From Candidatus Bathyarchaeota archaeon (GTDB lineage Archaea; Thermoproteota; Bathyarchaeia; 40CM-2-53-6): a DNA stretch of 64,000 nucleotides. Position numbers and translations under genes: made by a program. The stretch covers positions 928,001-992,000 of the forward strand of contig CAVTBR010000001.1 in the NCBI GenBank assembly GCA_963733055.1, read 5' to 3'. Positions 1 through 9,863 of the stretch are shown in pieces. A model generated the notes under the pieces. The model saw nothing but the letters and a program-made list of their open reading frames with translations, was not told where the DNA came from and made no database searches. Within the stretch, counting starts at the first letter, position 1. Every line of letters starts with the position of its first letter.

Positions 1-197
1 GACAAGACCATTCACACGCCTCATGTCAGTTAGTGCCTTTTAGGTTTCTCCTCAGAAAGTTACGCACCGAGTTTTCGTTCGTTTCGGATCCCCTTACAGG
101 CGCGTTACTTTGCGATGCGGATGGCGCCTCTTCTATTTGAACCGGCGAATATCGTCGAGTCAAACAATGCCTTTGAGAGGTATGCCTTTTATGGTGT

Positions 198-218
198 TTC
201 CCACTTAATCAGTGGGAA
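198..218. promoter_or_regulatory. Inverted repeat operator upstream of the vapBC-like pair
   Basis: TTCCCACT-taatc-AGTGGGAA (8-bp perfect IR) lies between a TTTATG box (188-193) and ATG 224, the usual layout for TA autoregulation. Confidence 0.6.
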
Positions 219-223
219 TACGT

Positions 224-460
224 ATGACCCAGACTGTTGTAGATCAACGTGGTAGAGTACTCATTCCCGAGGATGTGAGGGAAGACTCTGGGCTTGATGA
301 GGGAACCGTCGTTAAGGTGGAGACTCAAGACGAGGGAATACTGATCAAACCCATTCGGAAAGCTAAGAGATCTTGGAAGCAGCTTTGCGGAATAACACCC
401 ACCAGGACCGGTAAACCCGAGTGGCCAACACCAGAAGAGATCAAAAACATCTGGCGTTAG
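224..460 (+). CDS. AbrB/MazE/SpoVT-family antitoxin
   Basis: VDQRGRVLIPEDVREDSGLDEGTVV swapped-hairpin motif; overlaps PIN gene; ATG 224 preferred over GTG 212, which lies inside the operator. Confidence 0.9.
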   Translation: MTQTVVDQRGRVLIPEDVREDSGLDEGTVVKVETQDEGILIKPIRKAKRSWKQLCGITPTRTGKPEWPTPEEIKNIWR

Positions 461-855
461 ACTCAAACGTCCTAGTCGCGTACCTCGACCTAGAGCACCC
501 TCAACACAGCAAAGTAAGATCACTGGCTTCTCGTAGGGTTGCGTTGAATCCGACGGTTGTGCATGAAAGTTACCATACCCTAGTGTTCAAGATGAAATGG
601 CCATCAAACGAAGCCGCGGAAGTACTGAGAGAGATGCTTGATGACAACCACGTACTATTCCTAAATCAAACTAAAGACACAACCAAGACCGGCTTGAAGT
701 TCGCAGAACAGTATGGGCTCGGTGGGAGAGACGCCTTAATTTTAGCGAACTTTGTCAACCCTTCTATTTCAGAGTTCGTAACATTCGATAAAGAGCTGAT
801 TCGGCTACGTAGAGTAGAACATGGCCGCCGCAAGATAACGATACGTGCCACGTAA
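421..855 (+). CDS. vapC: PIN-domain (VapC) toxin
   Basis: LDSNVLV, E, GRDALILA and FVTFDK acidic PIN motifs; true start may be a few codons downstream. Confidence 0.88.
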   Translation: MANTRRDQKHLALDSNVLVAYLDLEHPQHSKVRSLASRRVALNPTVVHESYHTLVFKMKWPSNEAAEVLREMLDDNHVLFLNQTKDTTKTGLKFAEQYGLGGRDALILANFVNPSISEFVTFDKELIRLRRVEHGRRKITIRAT

Positions 856-867
856 CTCGCTAACGTG

Positions 868-955
868 GCTACTTTGCGACGAGGATGAGGCCTAGGATTT
901 TCGAAACGAAACCTAGTCTGGTGCCTAGGAATTTGTGTATGAGTTCAATATCATG
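868..955 (-). pseudogene. Orphan copy of the flippase 3' end (last 28 codons plus stop)
   Basis: Ungapped 75/88-nt match to 1763-1850; encodes HDIELIHKFLGTRLGFVSKILGLILVAK* versus HDIELIHGYLGTRLGFVSKVLGAILVAK*. Confidence 0.9.
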
Positions 956-974
956 TAGGCCAGACAGGAGGTGC

Positions 975-1658
975 TCAAATCAGAAGGTGGAGAGTCACGA
1001 GCATAATCTGTATACAGTGCGCTCTTCCCCGCGATAGAGGTGAGGGCCAGTGACTCTTACCCCCCTGTCGTGCCCTAATGGTAATAGGGACCTCGACGAT
1101 TCTTGCCCCATGTTCTCGCGCCTCAAGGGCAAGACTACCGCATAGGCAATGCCCCCAAAGTTTGACGCTGTGCGCCAGGTCTAATCGAAAAGCCCGGTAA
1201 CCCGACCCTACATCCTCACACCTTACACGTAACCAAGTAAGTGACGATATGATTCTCTCTGAGAAGGGGCGGCTGAGCGCTCTTCTTCCAAGAACTAGGT
1301 CAGCGTAGCCATGAATGATTGGATTTGCCAAGACTGGTATTTCAGATGGGTCATGTTGTCCGTCACCATCAAGCGTTACAACTATTTCTTTGGATGCCAA
1401 CCGTAGACCGATCTCAGTGCTCCTCACAATCCCAAGCCGAATCGCATTTCGGGTGACCTTTGCGCCAGCACGCCTCGCGACCTCAGAAGTCAGATCACTA
1501 CTTGCATCATCGACGACGATAACTTCGTCACAGTAACGCTTGCACCCTTCCACAACTTCACCGATCGTGCTCTGTTCGTTGTTCGCTGGAATTACTGCAG
1601 AGATCTTCAAACCCGTTCCACTTCTTCCAGCCAGATCTCGGCGAAACCCTCCAGCCAT
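975..1658 (-). CDS. GT2 glycosyltransferase (DPM-synthase-like)
   Basis: VIPANNE, VVDDASSD, TLDGDGQHDP, DVGSGYRAF. Confidence 0.9.
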   Translation of the reverse strand: MAGGFRRDLAGRSGTGLKISAVIPANNEQSTIGEVVEGCKRYCDEVIVVDDASSDLTSEVARRAGAKVTRNAIRLGIVRSTEIGLRLASKEIVVTLDGDGQHDPSEIPVLANPIIHGYADLVLGRRALSRPFSERIISSLTWLRVRCEDVGSGYRAFRLDLAHSVKLWGHCLCGSLALEAREHGARIVEVPITIRARQGGKSHWPSPLSRGRAHCIQIMLVTLHLLI

Positions 1659-1763
1659 TGTAGAATCGCTAGCTCAATAGTGAAATAAAATATTTCTATA
1701 TCCAACCATTCACAAGTTTGGTAGAGCTAGGAAGCCGTTTAGGATCTTTCGTAGCGCCGCGCG

Positions 1764-3339
1764 CTACTTAGCGACGAGGATGGCGCCTAGCACTTTCGAA
1801 ACGAAACCCAACCTGGTTCCTAGATATCCGTGTATGAGTTCAATATCATGCTCCTTTACCACCTTCAGCAGCCGAAGGGCTGCTAAGTATATGATTCCGC
1901 CAAGAATTATGTATGCAGGTAGCAGAATTCTACTGTAGAAAACCATCTGTACAAGCACGAGAACTCCCGCCATCATTCCCCCCGCAGCCAAGGTTTTCCA
2001 AAACGTCGTTAGGTCAATGCTTATCGCGTTCTTCCGTTTCAAAACAATGATCCCTAAGAGAACGGAGATGACCATCGCTAGTCCGCGGTGCGATCGAAGC
2101 CCCCGTAATTCCCATGAGTGGCAGGAGTACGTACGCGGAAGCGATTGCTAATAGCGTGGACGCAATCGTGATCAACAGGGCCGTTCGAGTCTGTGATAAC
2201 GCTACTAGCATAATACCTAGAACTGAGCCGTACGCGGTGAGGGCAAAGAAGAATGACAATATCGCAAGAGAGGCGGCTCCGCCGCCATATGCTTGACCCA
2301 CAAATGTAATGAGGGCAACCTTGGCAGTCGCGAGCAAGCCGAACGAGAGAGGAACCATCACTAGACTCGCATAACGTGAAGCCAGCCACGTAGCCCTCCT
2401 GCAGCTCTCAAGCCCGCTCCGCCCATGGATATCGGAGTAGGCGGGAAGAAGGGCACTGTTTACTGAACCAGTAATGCCGGTAAGAACACCAAAGGCTGTC
2501 AAGGAAGCATTGTAGACTCCGAGAGCGGCCAGAGGTACAAACGCTATGAGTATCGCGCGATCGAACCAGCTATACACGAAGCCGATGGCGTTCTCGATGC
2601 TCAGCGGCCAAGAGAAGCTGATCAACTTCCTCACCGAAAAAGACTTCTTGGGCAGACCGAGCACGCGAAGTATCAACGCCGCATAAGCCACGAACATAGC
2701 GAGGTCTGACAAAATCCAGCCAATCACGAGACCAACCAAGTTCCGCATCAAAATAATCAGTAAAACAATCAAGCACTGTCTGAGTATGATACCGGCAGAC
2801 CCGATCGTAGCAGCCTCCTTGAACCGTTTCATTCCGAGTAATGTCCCTATGGCGACGGGGAGAGCGCCTGAGTAGACAAGAACGTCGATAGCCAAGAACC
2901 TGAACAGATCGGCTTGCGCAATTGAGCCAAGTAATCGTGACGCGATCGCGGGTGCGGCTAAGAAAACGACAGCCGTTATCGGAATTGAGAACAGGACAGT
3001 CACGCGAAGCGATTGGTAGAATACGGCTGACGCAGTCTCTCTCGAACCTGATGCTAATTCTCCTATGAATGTCGTCGCCGCCAATGTAAACGCCCCTCCG
3101 TTTAGTGTTTGAGAGAGCGCAATGATGAGGGAAAGAATAGCCAGAATCCCCACTTCGGCGGGTGTAATTAGCCGGGCTAAAATAGCGAATGCTAACGCTT
3201 GTGCGACGCTCGTGATGATTATTTGAATCGTGAGGTATGAGGCGCCGCGTGACACTGAGACTGCAGATGTTATGTTTCTGCTGGACGGACCTACCGGACC
3301 AGGCTGGGGTTCCAGGTTCGGGGTAAGTGCAGAATCCAT
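1764..3339 (-). CDS. Oligosaccharide flippase (Wzx/MOP family), +1 frameshift at about 2088
   Basis: Many TM helices, LARLITPAEVG, FDRAIL..LGVYN; removing one base at 2087/2088 joins ORFs 2014-3384 and 1764-2075 as GASIA-RGLAMVIS. Confidence 0.88.
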
Positions 3340-3553
3340 CTTTGGTCCCAGCGTGAAACATGCAGAGGATGGCGCGGTTGTCAACTCATTATGAGTAGAT
3401 AAATCGTTGCACGCGGCATGACGATATTTGGGATCAACCCGACGCTACAAGGTTAGGAATTATGGGATATTAGCAAATGAGGAGATCCTATGTTTCCTGT
3501 TGGATGATTATGCGAAAAGAGCTATCTTCAAGCTGATAGCATTAGCGCGTAAA

Positions 3554-3811
3554 ATGAAACTTAGAACGGAAACTCGCCGCGCTCTTCTATCTACGTTATT
3601 TGTCTTTGGATTGCTTACTTGGGTCTACGTGGTTATTCTACAGATGGCACATCCAGACTGGCTGACCGGGCCACTTACTCACATCAACGCCTTCCCGTTC
3701 GACCTACGCGTCGACGTGACCGGTATGGTGGCGTTCGTGGTTTCGGCGTTGGCCTTCTTCTTCCTACAATTGACACCTAAGAGAGAAAAAGGAAGTGAAA
3801 CCGATCATTGA
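3554..3811 (+). CDS. Small 2-TM protein (WxYV..Q..P / RxD..G..AF..S family)
   Basis: Two hydrophobic helices; motif shared with 46129-46581 and 48382-48837; ATG 3554 preferred. Confidence 0.75.
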   Translation: MKLRTETRRALLSTLFVFGLLTWVYVVILQMAHPDWLTGPLTHINAFPFDLRVDVTGMVAFVVSALAFFFLQLTPKREKGSETDH

Positions 3812-3894
3812 TGTACCAAAATCTGACGCGGCTGTTTGCAATTCTTAGCCCAGTTGTCTAGTGGGCAACGTATGTCCAACTTGGATAGTTTATC

Positions 3895-3950
3895 TTATAT
3901 ATAGTAGGTTCGAAAGCACGAGTTTGGCTCCGAGTTTCTATAGATCGGAG
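3895..3950 (+). promoter_or_regulatory. TATA box and 5'-leader hairpin of the S-layer-like gene
   Basis: TTATATATA 3895-3903; CTCCGA(3928-3933)...TCGGAG(3945-3950) stem starts about 25 nt downstream of it. Confidence 0.55.
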
Positions 3951-3976
3951 TAATTCATCTGGATGGAAGTGGTAAT

Positions 3977-6900
3977 TTGATTAATAGGCTTAAGGGATTT
4001 TTTCTCATCGGACTATTCCTCTTAGGCATACTTGCAGTGGGAGTTCCTGTTCAAGCTCACTTCACGCTTGGCAACCTCACAGGCACTTATCCGTATCATA
4101 CTAATGATTTCGACCCGCATGTTCCGGGCGTTATTGGCTACGTATGGCCCGGCAGCGGTCAATGCGCGTATGATGGATTCCCGAACCAGGCGAACACAAA
4201 TGGCTGTGGACCTGGTTATCAGGCACCCTACCCAAACGGAAACCCGCCGGGTGCACCAAGCAATTCTTGGTACCAACTTCAAGGGGACACATATGCTCCA
4301 TTCGGAGCTATTCTCACGGGTACTTCCGGCGACTTGATTTTTGCATTGAACGCATCGGCATGGTCCACAGCTGCGTGCCAGGCCTCCAACGGTGGAACAG
4401 GCTGTACCCGCTTCAGTGGAAGATGGCAGGGGGTCGATATCCTAATCCCGCCGGGCTTCGGTGTTCCCGGAACACCCCAAATTGTCTCGACCATTACGAA
4501 CGATTACTCCGGGATTGCTGTGGCGAGAATCAGCCGCAATGACAGGTACGCACCTGGTTGGACGATGGTCGAGATTCTAGCTGACGCCGGCTTCGATTCG
4601 TCAAGCCCAACCGCAACCCCATATTACGATCACCAAAGCATTGACTTCTCGAGCGTGGGAGAATGGTATTACATTCGAATTAACGGCGTGCTCGCACCAT
4701 CGGTTGCCGGAAGGTACTTCTTCAAAATCCTTCTTGAAGGTGGAACCCCGTCAATCTGCGGAGAAGAAGGCACGGGCACGGGCAGTGGGGCTCTTCCGGG
4801 TGGAAGCTGTTCAGAATTTATTCCAACTGAGAACTGGCCCGTTGTACTCGTGAAGGGGGAGGTTGACCCAGCCATACTCACAGGCACGATCCGGTATGCC
4901 GGTTACAACTCGACACTCTACGGCCAACCAATCCAAGAAGCGGGAAGAGTTTCGGCAAAGATGAGCATGCGTATTGACCCCTACACAGGCCAGCAGAGAT
5001 CAGATTTGCCAACGATTGATGCGATCGGTTACTTCAACGCCACAGCCGACGGCCATTATGAAGTCGAGGGCTTGGCGCCCGGTGTATATGATATCTACGC
5101 TGAAGCTGCGGGATATCCACAGACGTTGTGCACGAGTGGCGTAACCATCCTCAAGGGCCAATCGTTGCACTTCGACTGCTACCTCCAACCGGGGCCGGTG
5201 ATTCACGGTAACGTGTTCACGAAGCACCAGTTCGGTGATGAACCCTGGCCTCTGGGAGACACTGGAACCCCAGGCGGACTAAACGGGCTGGCTGGCACCG
5301 GAGCCGACGTTAACGGTGAATACATGAAAATTGAACTCTACGCCAACGCAACACTCAACAACATACCCGATCCAAGCGCGAACCTGGTGTCATGGTCTCC
5401 TCTTCCATGCGTTGCTGGGGGGCAGGAGCTTTACACAGGTCGGTATACGGCGGGTGCATGCAATGATCCGCGACTTGGCAGTCAGGTAGCATTTCCGTGG
5501 CATGAATACACGCCAAGCAACGGTTACGGCGTTCCTAACCCCGCGACTGCAGTGAGTAATGTCATACCTGGCGGCTACTACCAAGTGTCCGCGGGTGGCA
5601 GGGCGGGAAGTGGTGTTTACTTCGGAAACCTAATGCAAGACCCACAGGGCGTTGGCCCACCACAGCACTGGTTTGTCAACGGCGGAACAACAACCCCATT
5701 CCACTTCGAATTCGGTGTGAAGGGCGAGTATGGTGCACCACGAGACCTTGACGGAATGGTTCCTCAGGTGTATGCCACTTGGGTTAACGGTCTCACGCCA
5801 GGAAGGTACTATGTGCGTGCTTGGACCTTCCGTTACGTTCAAACTGCCCTGGACGGTTCCACGTTCCAAGAATACTACTTTGATGTGACTCCGAACGAGT
5901 GGGCGGGCGACGTAACATTACCAATTGACCTACGCTTGTCGAGCTGGGTGAATAAGACGGTGTACTTCCACGACACCGCCCTCAATACCATAACAACTTC
6001 ACCAATCGACACAGGCGCCGGAGTCATGTCCGGCGTATTGGTTGATGCTAACGGCGTTGTTTGGTCGTACAACCAGACGCTACTAGGTTACAGAGGCTTC
6101 TACACGCTGGGTGCAAAGTCTGGATGGGGCGCAGGAGCCTTCTTCTCCACCTCGACTCTGAGAGTCAGGAACGACCTCGATAAGGCGAAACTGAACGCCC
6201 ATGCAGTTGAGATGGGTCGAGCAGATATTCAGTTCTGGGGTTGGAACGATACTTGGGGTGGTGAGAATTACGGTATTCCGAGTGGAACGTACACCCCGCA
6301 CGTCTATGTGCTCGGTTACCTTGAGCATGGTTCTGAGCAGGTTTCAGTAACGCTGAGTGGTAACCCAACCGCTATCAGCGACCACATGTACCGCGGCGTA
6401 GGCTTCAACCTCACCGTCTACAGCATCGACTGGGAACGGCCCCGAGTTAGCAGGAATTGGGTTTGGGGCAACCCGGTCGGCTACACAGTTACACCGGGCG
6501 GTATTACTTCACCGACTGCGCCCTCAGGAATACCAACCACTCATGGAAGTGACCCAAGCTTCGCCGGTGACCCACGCAACGTGAACGGTATATACATGGT
6601 CGGTGAAGAGATCGATATTGGCGTATACGCGAATGGCACCCTAATCGACTTCATCGGCGACGTTCCTTCCAATTTGCAAGACACGGTGCTGACCAGTTGC
6701 CTCTTCCAGGACGATTCAAACTCCACTGTTCAAATGTGTGGAGGCGGCTGGGACGCCCAATACCAGCAACCAGGCAGCGGCTTAGTGCCGTACCAAGGTA
6801 ATTCGAATGACGCGTACTTTGGCCAAGAGATGAGCGATCCGGGTTTTGTGGGTGGTTACACAGGCGGCATATCCTACTTCACCACTAGAACCCAATTGTT

Positions 6901-8308
6901 CGCGCCAGCCCATTGGAGCCCAACCACCCTATCGGACGGAGGAACGTACAGCCAAGCCGTCACAGGCTACCTCCCACTATACCCATCAGCGATCCCGAGC
7001 GGCCAATATGATTTGAGAGGGTTCACTTACGGGTACATTCAGGACAAATCCTTCTCCGTCTACGCGCAGCCCAGCCAAGTGGCAGATATGAAGATTAACC
7101 TCGTAATCGGTCTCAACGTGAGCTTGGACATCCTCTTCAAGAAAGAGAGCATCATCACGCCAACCGACGCCAACATGTCTGCAAGGGTAAGGTTGTTCGA
7201 TGATTCAGGCACTTTGGTCGCCGAATGGATGTCGAGCGAAGGCACGTACGTAACAGGAAAGGGATTCGCAAGAGCAGCGGACGGAACGGACCAATACCCG
7301 TTCGGCCCACTACACCCCGCGATCCCCGTACCCAAACCACTCAACACCTACAACTACTTACCCGGAGGCGTGACACTGCTACACGTCTTAATGGCTGGGT
7401 TCCCTCAGGTACCTGCCGCAGGCACTGATGCTGGAGTCCTATCACCTTTCGTTCCCCAGCAAATATACTTCAACGATCCACTATTCGCAACCACGATCTG
7501 CGGCTTCCAAGTAGACTGCTACACAAGCCCAGGCACCGGACTAGGCGTAGGCGTGCCAGGATATTTCCCCAACACTGGAATCTCCGGGGCACCAGATTAT
7601 ACCGGCGGCTGGACGGCTGAAGTAGACTTCGTCCCATGGTACGCCAACAACACAAGCACGATGGAATTTGCGAGTGGCGGTGTACAAGTCGCAACGCAGG
7701 GCAGCACCTTCGCACAGTACTATCCCCCAGTCAACGGCTTGCTCATGGGCGAATCTTATCACATCATCCCAGGCACCACGGCGACCTCAGGCATCAGCCT
7801 AACAGAGGACACCGCGCTCAAACCTGAACTGATCGGACACAGCCTCGCCGCCAACCACCTAGGACCATACTCGCAGAAGGGCGTCTGGCAAATAGCCGGC
7901 ACCCACAACAGCGGTGAAGCAAGCGGCATATTCGAAGTAGACCTCAACGGCTTCGTGTCAGGCAACGCCTTAGCATTCACTTGGAGCAACGAGTTCCGGC
8001 CATTGAGCTGGGGCTTAGTCAACGTCGTCGGCGCGAGCGCAATCAACTCGACCGGATGGAACTTCTACACGTACGACGGCATCTACCAAGCCTACCTACC
8101 CACGGGAACATACAAGTTCACCATCAGCGCACCAGGGTACGCGGCTCAAACCTGGTCAGTCTCAATCTCACCAGGCCAGACAGGCACAGGCCAGAACATC
8201 TACCTAGAACAGACTAACATACCCGTCCCAGAATTCACCGCAATCGCAATAGTCACCATCTCGGCGCTAGCAGGATCACTATACCTACTAAGACGCAGAC
8301 GCAAGTAG
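3977..8308 (+). CDS. Large secreted S-layer-like glycoprotein with carboxypeptidase-regulatory-like domains and PEF-CTERM sorting signal
   Basis: Signal peptide (...VPVQA|HF), G/T/Y/P-rich, many N-x-S/T sequons, YEVEGLAPGVYDIYAEAAGY, C-terminus PVPEF-TM-RRRRK. Confidence 0.8.
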   Translation: MINRLKGFFLIGLFLLGILAVGVPVQAHFTLGNLTGTYPYHTNDFDPHVPGVIGYVWPGSGQCAYDGFPNQANTNGCGPGYQAPYPNGNPPGAPSNSWYQLQGDTYAPFGAILTGTSGDLIFALNASAWSTAACQASNGGTGCTRFSGRWQGVDILIPPGFGVPGTPQIVSTITNDYSGIAVARISRNDRYAPGWTMVEILADAGFDSSSPTATPYYDHQSIDFSSVGEWYYIRINGVLAPSVAGRYFFKILLEGGTPSICGEEGTGTGSGALPGGSCSEFIPTENWPVVLVKGEVDPAILTGTIRYAGYNSTLYGQPIQEAGRVSAKMSMRIDPYTGQQRSDLPTIDAIGYFNATADGHYEVEGLAPGVYDIYAEAAGYPQTLCTSGVTILKGQSLHFDCYLQPGPVIHGNVFTKHQFGDEPWPLGDTGTPGGLNGLAGTGADVNGEYMKIELYANATLNNIPDPSANLVSWSPLPCVAGGQELYTGRYTAGACNDPRLGSQVAFPWHEYTPSNGYGVPNPATAVSNVIPGGYYQVSAGGRAGSGVYFGNLMQDPQGVGPPQHWFVNGGTTTPFHFEFGVKGEYGAPRDLDGMVPQVYATWVNGLTPGRYYVRAWTFRYVQTALDGSTFQEYYFDVTPNEWAGDVTLPIDLRLSSWVNKTVYFHDTALNTITTSPIDTGAGVMSGVLVDANGVVWSYNQTLLGYRGFYTLGAKSGWGAGAFFSTSTLRVRNDLDKAKLNAHAVEMGRADIQFWGWNDTWGGENYGIPSGTYTPHVYVLGYLEHGSEQVSVTLSGNPTAISDHMYRGVGFNLTVYSIDWERPRVSRNWVWGNPVGYTVTPGGITSPTAPSGIPTTHGSDPSFAGDPRNVNGIYMVGEEIDIGVYANGTLIDFIGDVPSNLQDTVLTSCLFQDDSNSTVQMCGGGWDAQYQQPGSGLVPYQGNSNDAYFGQEMSDPGFVGGYTGGISYFTTRTQLFAPAHWSPTTLSDGGTYSQAVTGYLPLYPSAIPSGQYDLRGFTYGYIQDKSFSVYAQPSQVADMKINLVIGLNVSLDILFKKESIITPTDANMSARVRLFDDSGTLVAEWMSSEGTYVTGKGFARAADGTDQYPFGPLHPAIPVPKPLNTYNYLPGGVTLLHVLMAGFPQVPAAGTDAGVLSPFVPQQIYFNDPLFATTICGFQVDCYTSPGTGLGVGVPGYFPNTGISGAPDYTGGWTAEVDFVPWYANNTSTMEFASGGVQVATQGSTFAQYYPPVNGLLMGESYHIIPGTTATSGISLTEDTALKPELIGHSLAANHLGPYSQKGVWQIAGTHNSGEASGIFEVDLNGFVSGNALAFTWSNEFRPLSWGLVNVVGASAINSTGWNFYTYDGIYQAYLPTGTYKFTISAPGYAAQTWSVSISPGQTGTGQNIYLEQTNIPVPEFTAIAIVTISALAGSLYLLRRRRK

Positions 8309-8568
8309 AGCCACAGACCAACTGGGCACGCAGATGCCCTCGAATCCTCCCATTTTCATTAGTTGCCGCTTTGAAACAAGACGAGAGAGTTTCCTGCTAA
8401 GATACGACGAAGCGCGCTGGTTCCAGGAATTGCGTCAAGTTGAGGGCTGACCTTTCCGAGTCAGATCTTGCCAGCAAGCAGGTTTCGAATCGTTCACAGA
8501 AAAGTCGGTAGAGTAGATGTGATCTTTTGCAAGACATTGCATGACTATTACGCCTATGGCTCAATATG

Positions 8569-9207
8569 TCATAGGTGAGGCAGGTGGGTAGTACTCGACT
8601 TTGGGTTTTGGACTGCGAGTAAGAATTGTCGGGCCAATGCAATCATTGTAACCCCTACCGTGAGCAGACTGAGCGCGATAAGGATGGGAGTCAAGCTGAT
8701 TCCCCATGGTGTGTAGTTAACCAACACGCCCGTAAACATCGTCAAGGCTAAACTTAATCCAATACTCAACGCGAAGCGTTCGATTGAATTCAATTCACTG
8801 CCTCTGGGAAACAGAGCTTCAACCGTCGCGAAGCCTGGTATGAAGAGAACGAATATCGACCCCAGGACCCACCGAAGAACCACAAATGGAAATTGAACTG
8901 GCACCGCATAGACTGTGAAAATGGCAGCGAACGAGATGATCAATGTTCCGTAAAGCCAGAGATTTCTCTCCCAAAGTAGCAGATATTGACCAAATGATGC
9001 TTCGAGTGGAATGTCTTCCAACTTAGCTTTACCTTGGTCAGCCAATCTCCAGAGTGTATCCGCTAATTCCGATTCACTGAGTGAAGGAATCTCAACCCTG
9101 AGTAGCTCGTAGAGCGCGCGCACGCTGGTTGCACTATTTCTTTCGAGTATTTGCAAAGCTCGATCGTCGAGGCTCACGTCAGAATCTCGTGATTTCGCAG
9201 TTTTCAC
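8569..9207 (-). CDS. DUF1616-like TM domain with N-terminal wHTH-like region
   Basis: VLFIPGF..ALFP, IERFALSIGLSLA, NYTPWGI; N-terminus ALQILERN..SVRALYELL..LWRLADQGK. Confidence 0.75.
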   Translation of the reverse strand: MKTAKSRDSDVSLDDRALQILERNSATSVRALYELLRVEIPSLSESELADTLWRLADQGKAKLEDIPLEASFGQYLLLWERNLWLYGTLIISFAAIFTVYAVPVQFPFVVLRWVLGSIFVLFIPGFATVEALFPRGSELNSIERFALSIGLSLALTMFTGVLVNYTPWGISLTPILIALSLLTVGVTMIALARQFLLAVQNPKSSTTHLPHL

Positions 9208-9355
9208 TTTTGCGAATCCCCACCGATATTGCTATATTTTATGCGTGTGGATACTTGAATCAATCTTGATGGGTATGGATTTCCATGCTAACCATGATTA
9301 ACATGTTCGCATTATTAGCCGTGAACCTAATTTACCTCTAGAATGGATATGTCGC

Positions 9356-9847
9356 TTGTCGACTTTCATGATTAGAGTCTCGGCGCTGCTGGTGTTTTCT
9401 CTTTCATTCGTCGCTATCGTTGTGCTCGTGCAATCGGCTTCGGTGACCTCGCAATCTGTCAATTCTCAAATGCAGTTGAGCAAAGCGATTCAAGACGTAC
9501 AAGCAGCTGAGTTGTCAGGAGCGAACCCTGACGAAATGAGAGAACTAGCTGTCCAGCTCAACACGATAATTGGGATACAGGTTGAGTTGCAAAACTTGTC
9601 TCCTCAAGAGCTGGGCAAGAGAGCACAACTTACCGAGCAAATCAACAATACACTGACGAGTATAGATATGCAATCGAATGAAATCACGACCAGAGCGTCA
9701 CAGAGAACCTCCATCAACCATCTTGTCGCCTATTCTTCGGGTGTTGTCGGAGCGGTAATCGTAACTGTCGTGTACCATTATGGCACCTTGCTCCGGCGCA
9801 GATATCGAGTTAAGCGAACATTTCAGATGAAAATCATTCTAAGATGA
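9356..9847 (+). CDS. Hypothetical membrane protein (TM - helical domain - TM - basic tail)
   Basis: Hydrophobic ends and Q/N-rich helical middle; same-strand neighbour 9864 follows after 16 nt. Confidence 0.7.
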   Translation: MSTFMIRVSALLVFSLSFVAIVVLVQSASVTSQSVNSQMQLSKAIQDVQAAELSGANPDEMRELAVQLNTIIGIQVELQNLSPQELGKRAQLTEQINNTLTSIDMQSNEITTRASQRTSINHLVAYSSGVVGAVIVTVVYHYGTLLRRRYRVKRTFQMKIILR

Positions 9848-9863
9848 CGGAATAGTGAATTGA

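Noticed and set aside
847-869. Hairpin GCCACGT-N9-ACGTGGC at the vapC stop
   Set aside because: Could be a terminator between convergent genes, but it is short and lacks a U-tract
4022-8217. Many antisense and alternate-frame ORFs inside the S-layer-like gene and other long CDSs
   Set aside because: Shadow ORFs of well-supported genes with no independent motifs
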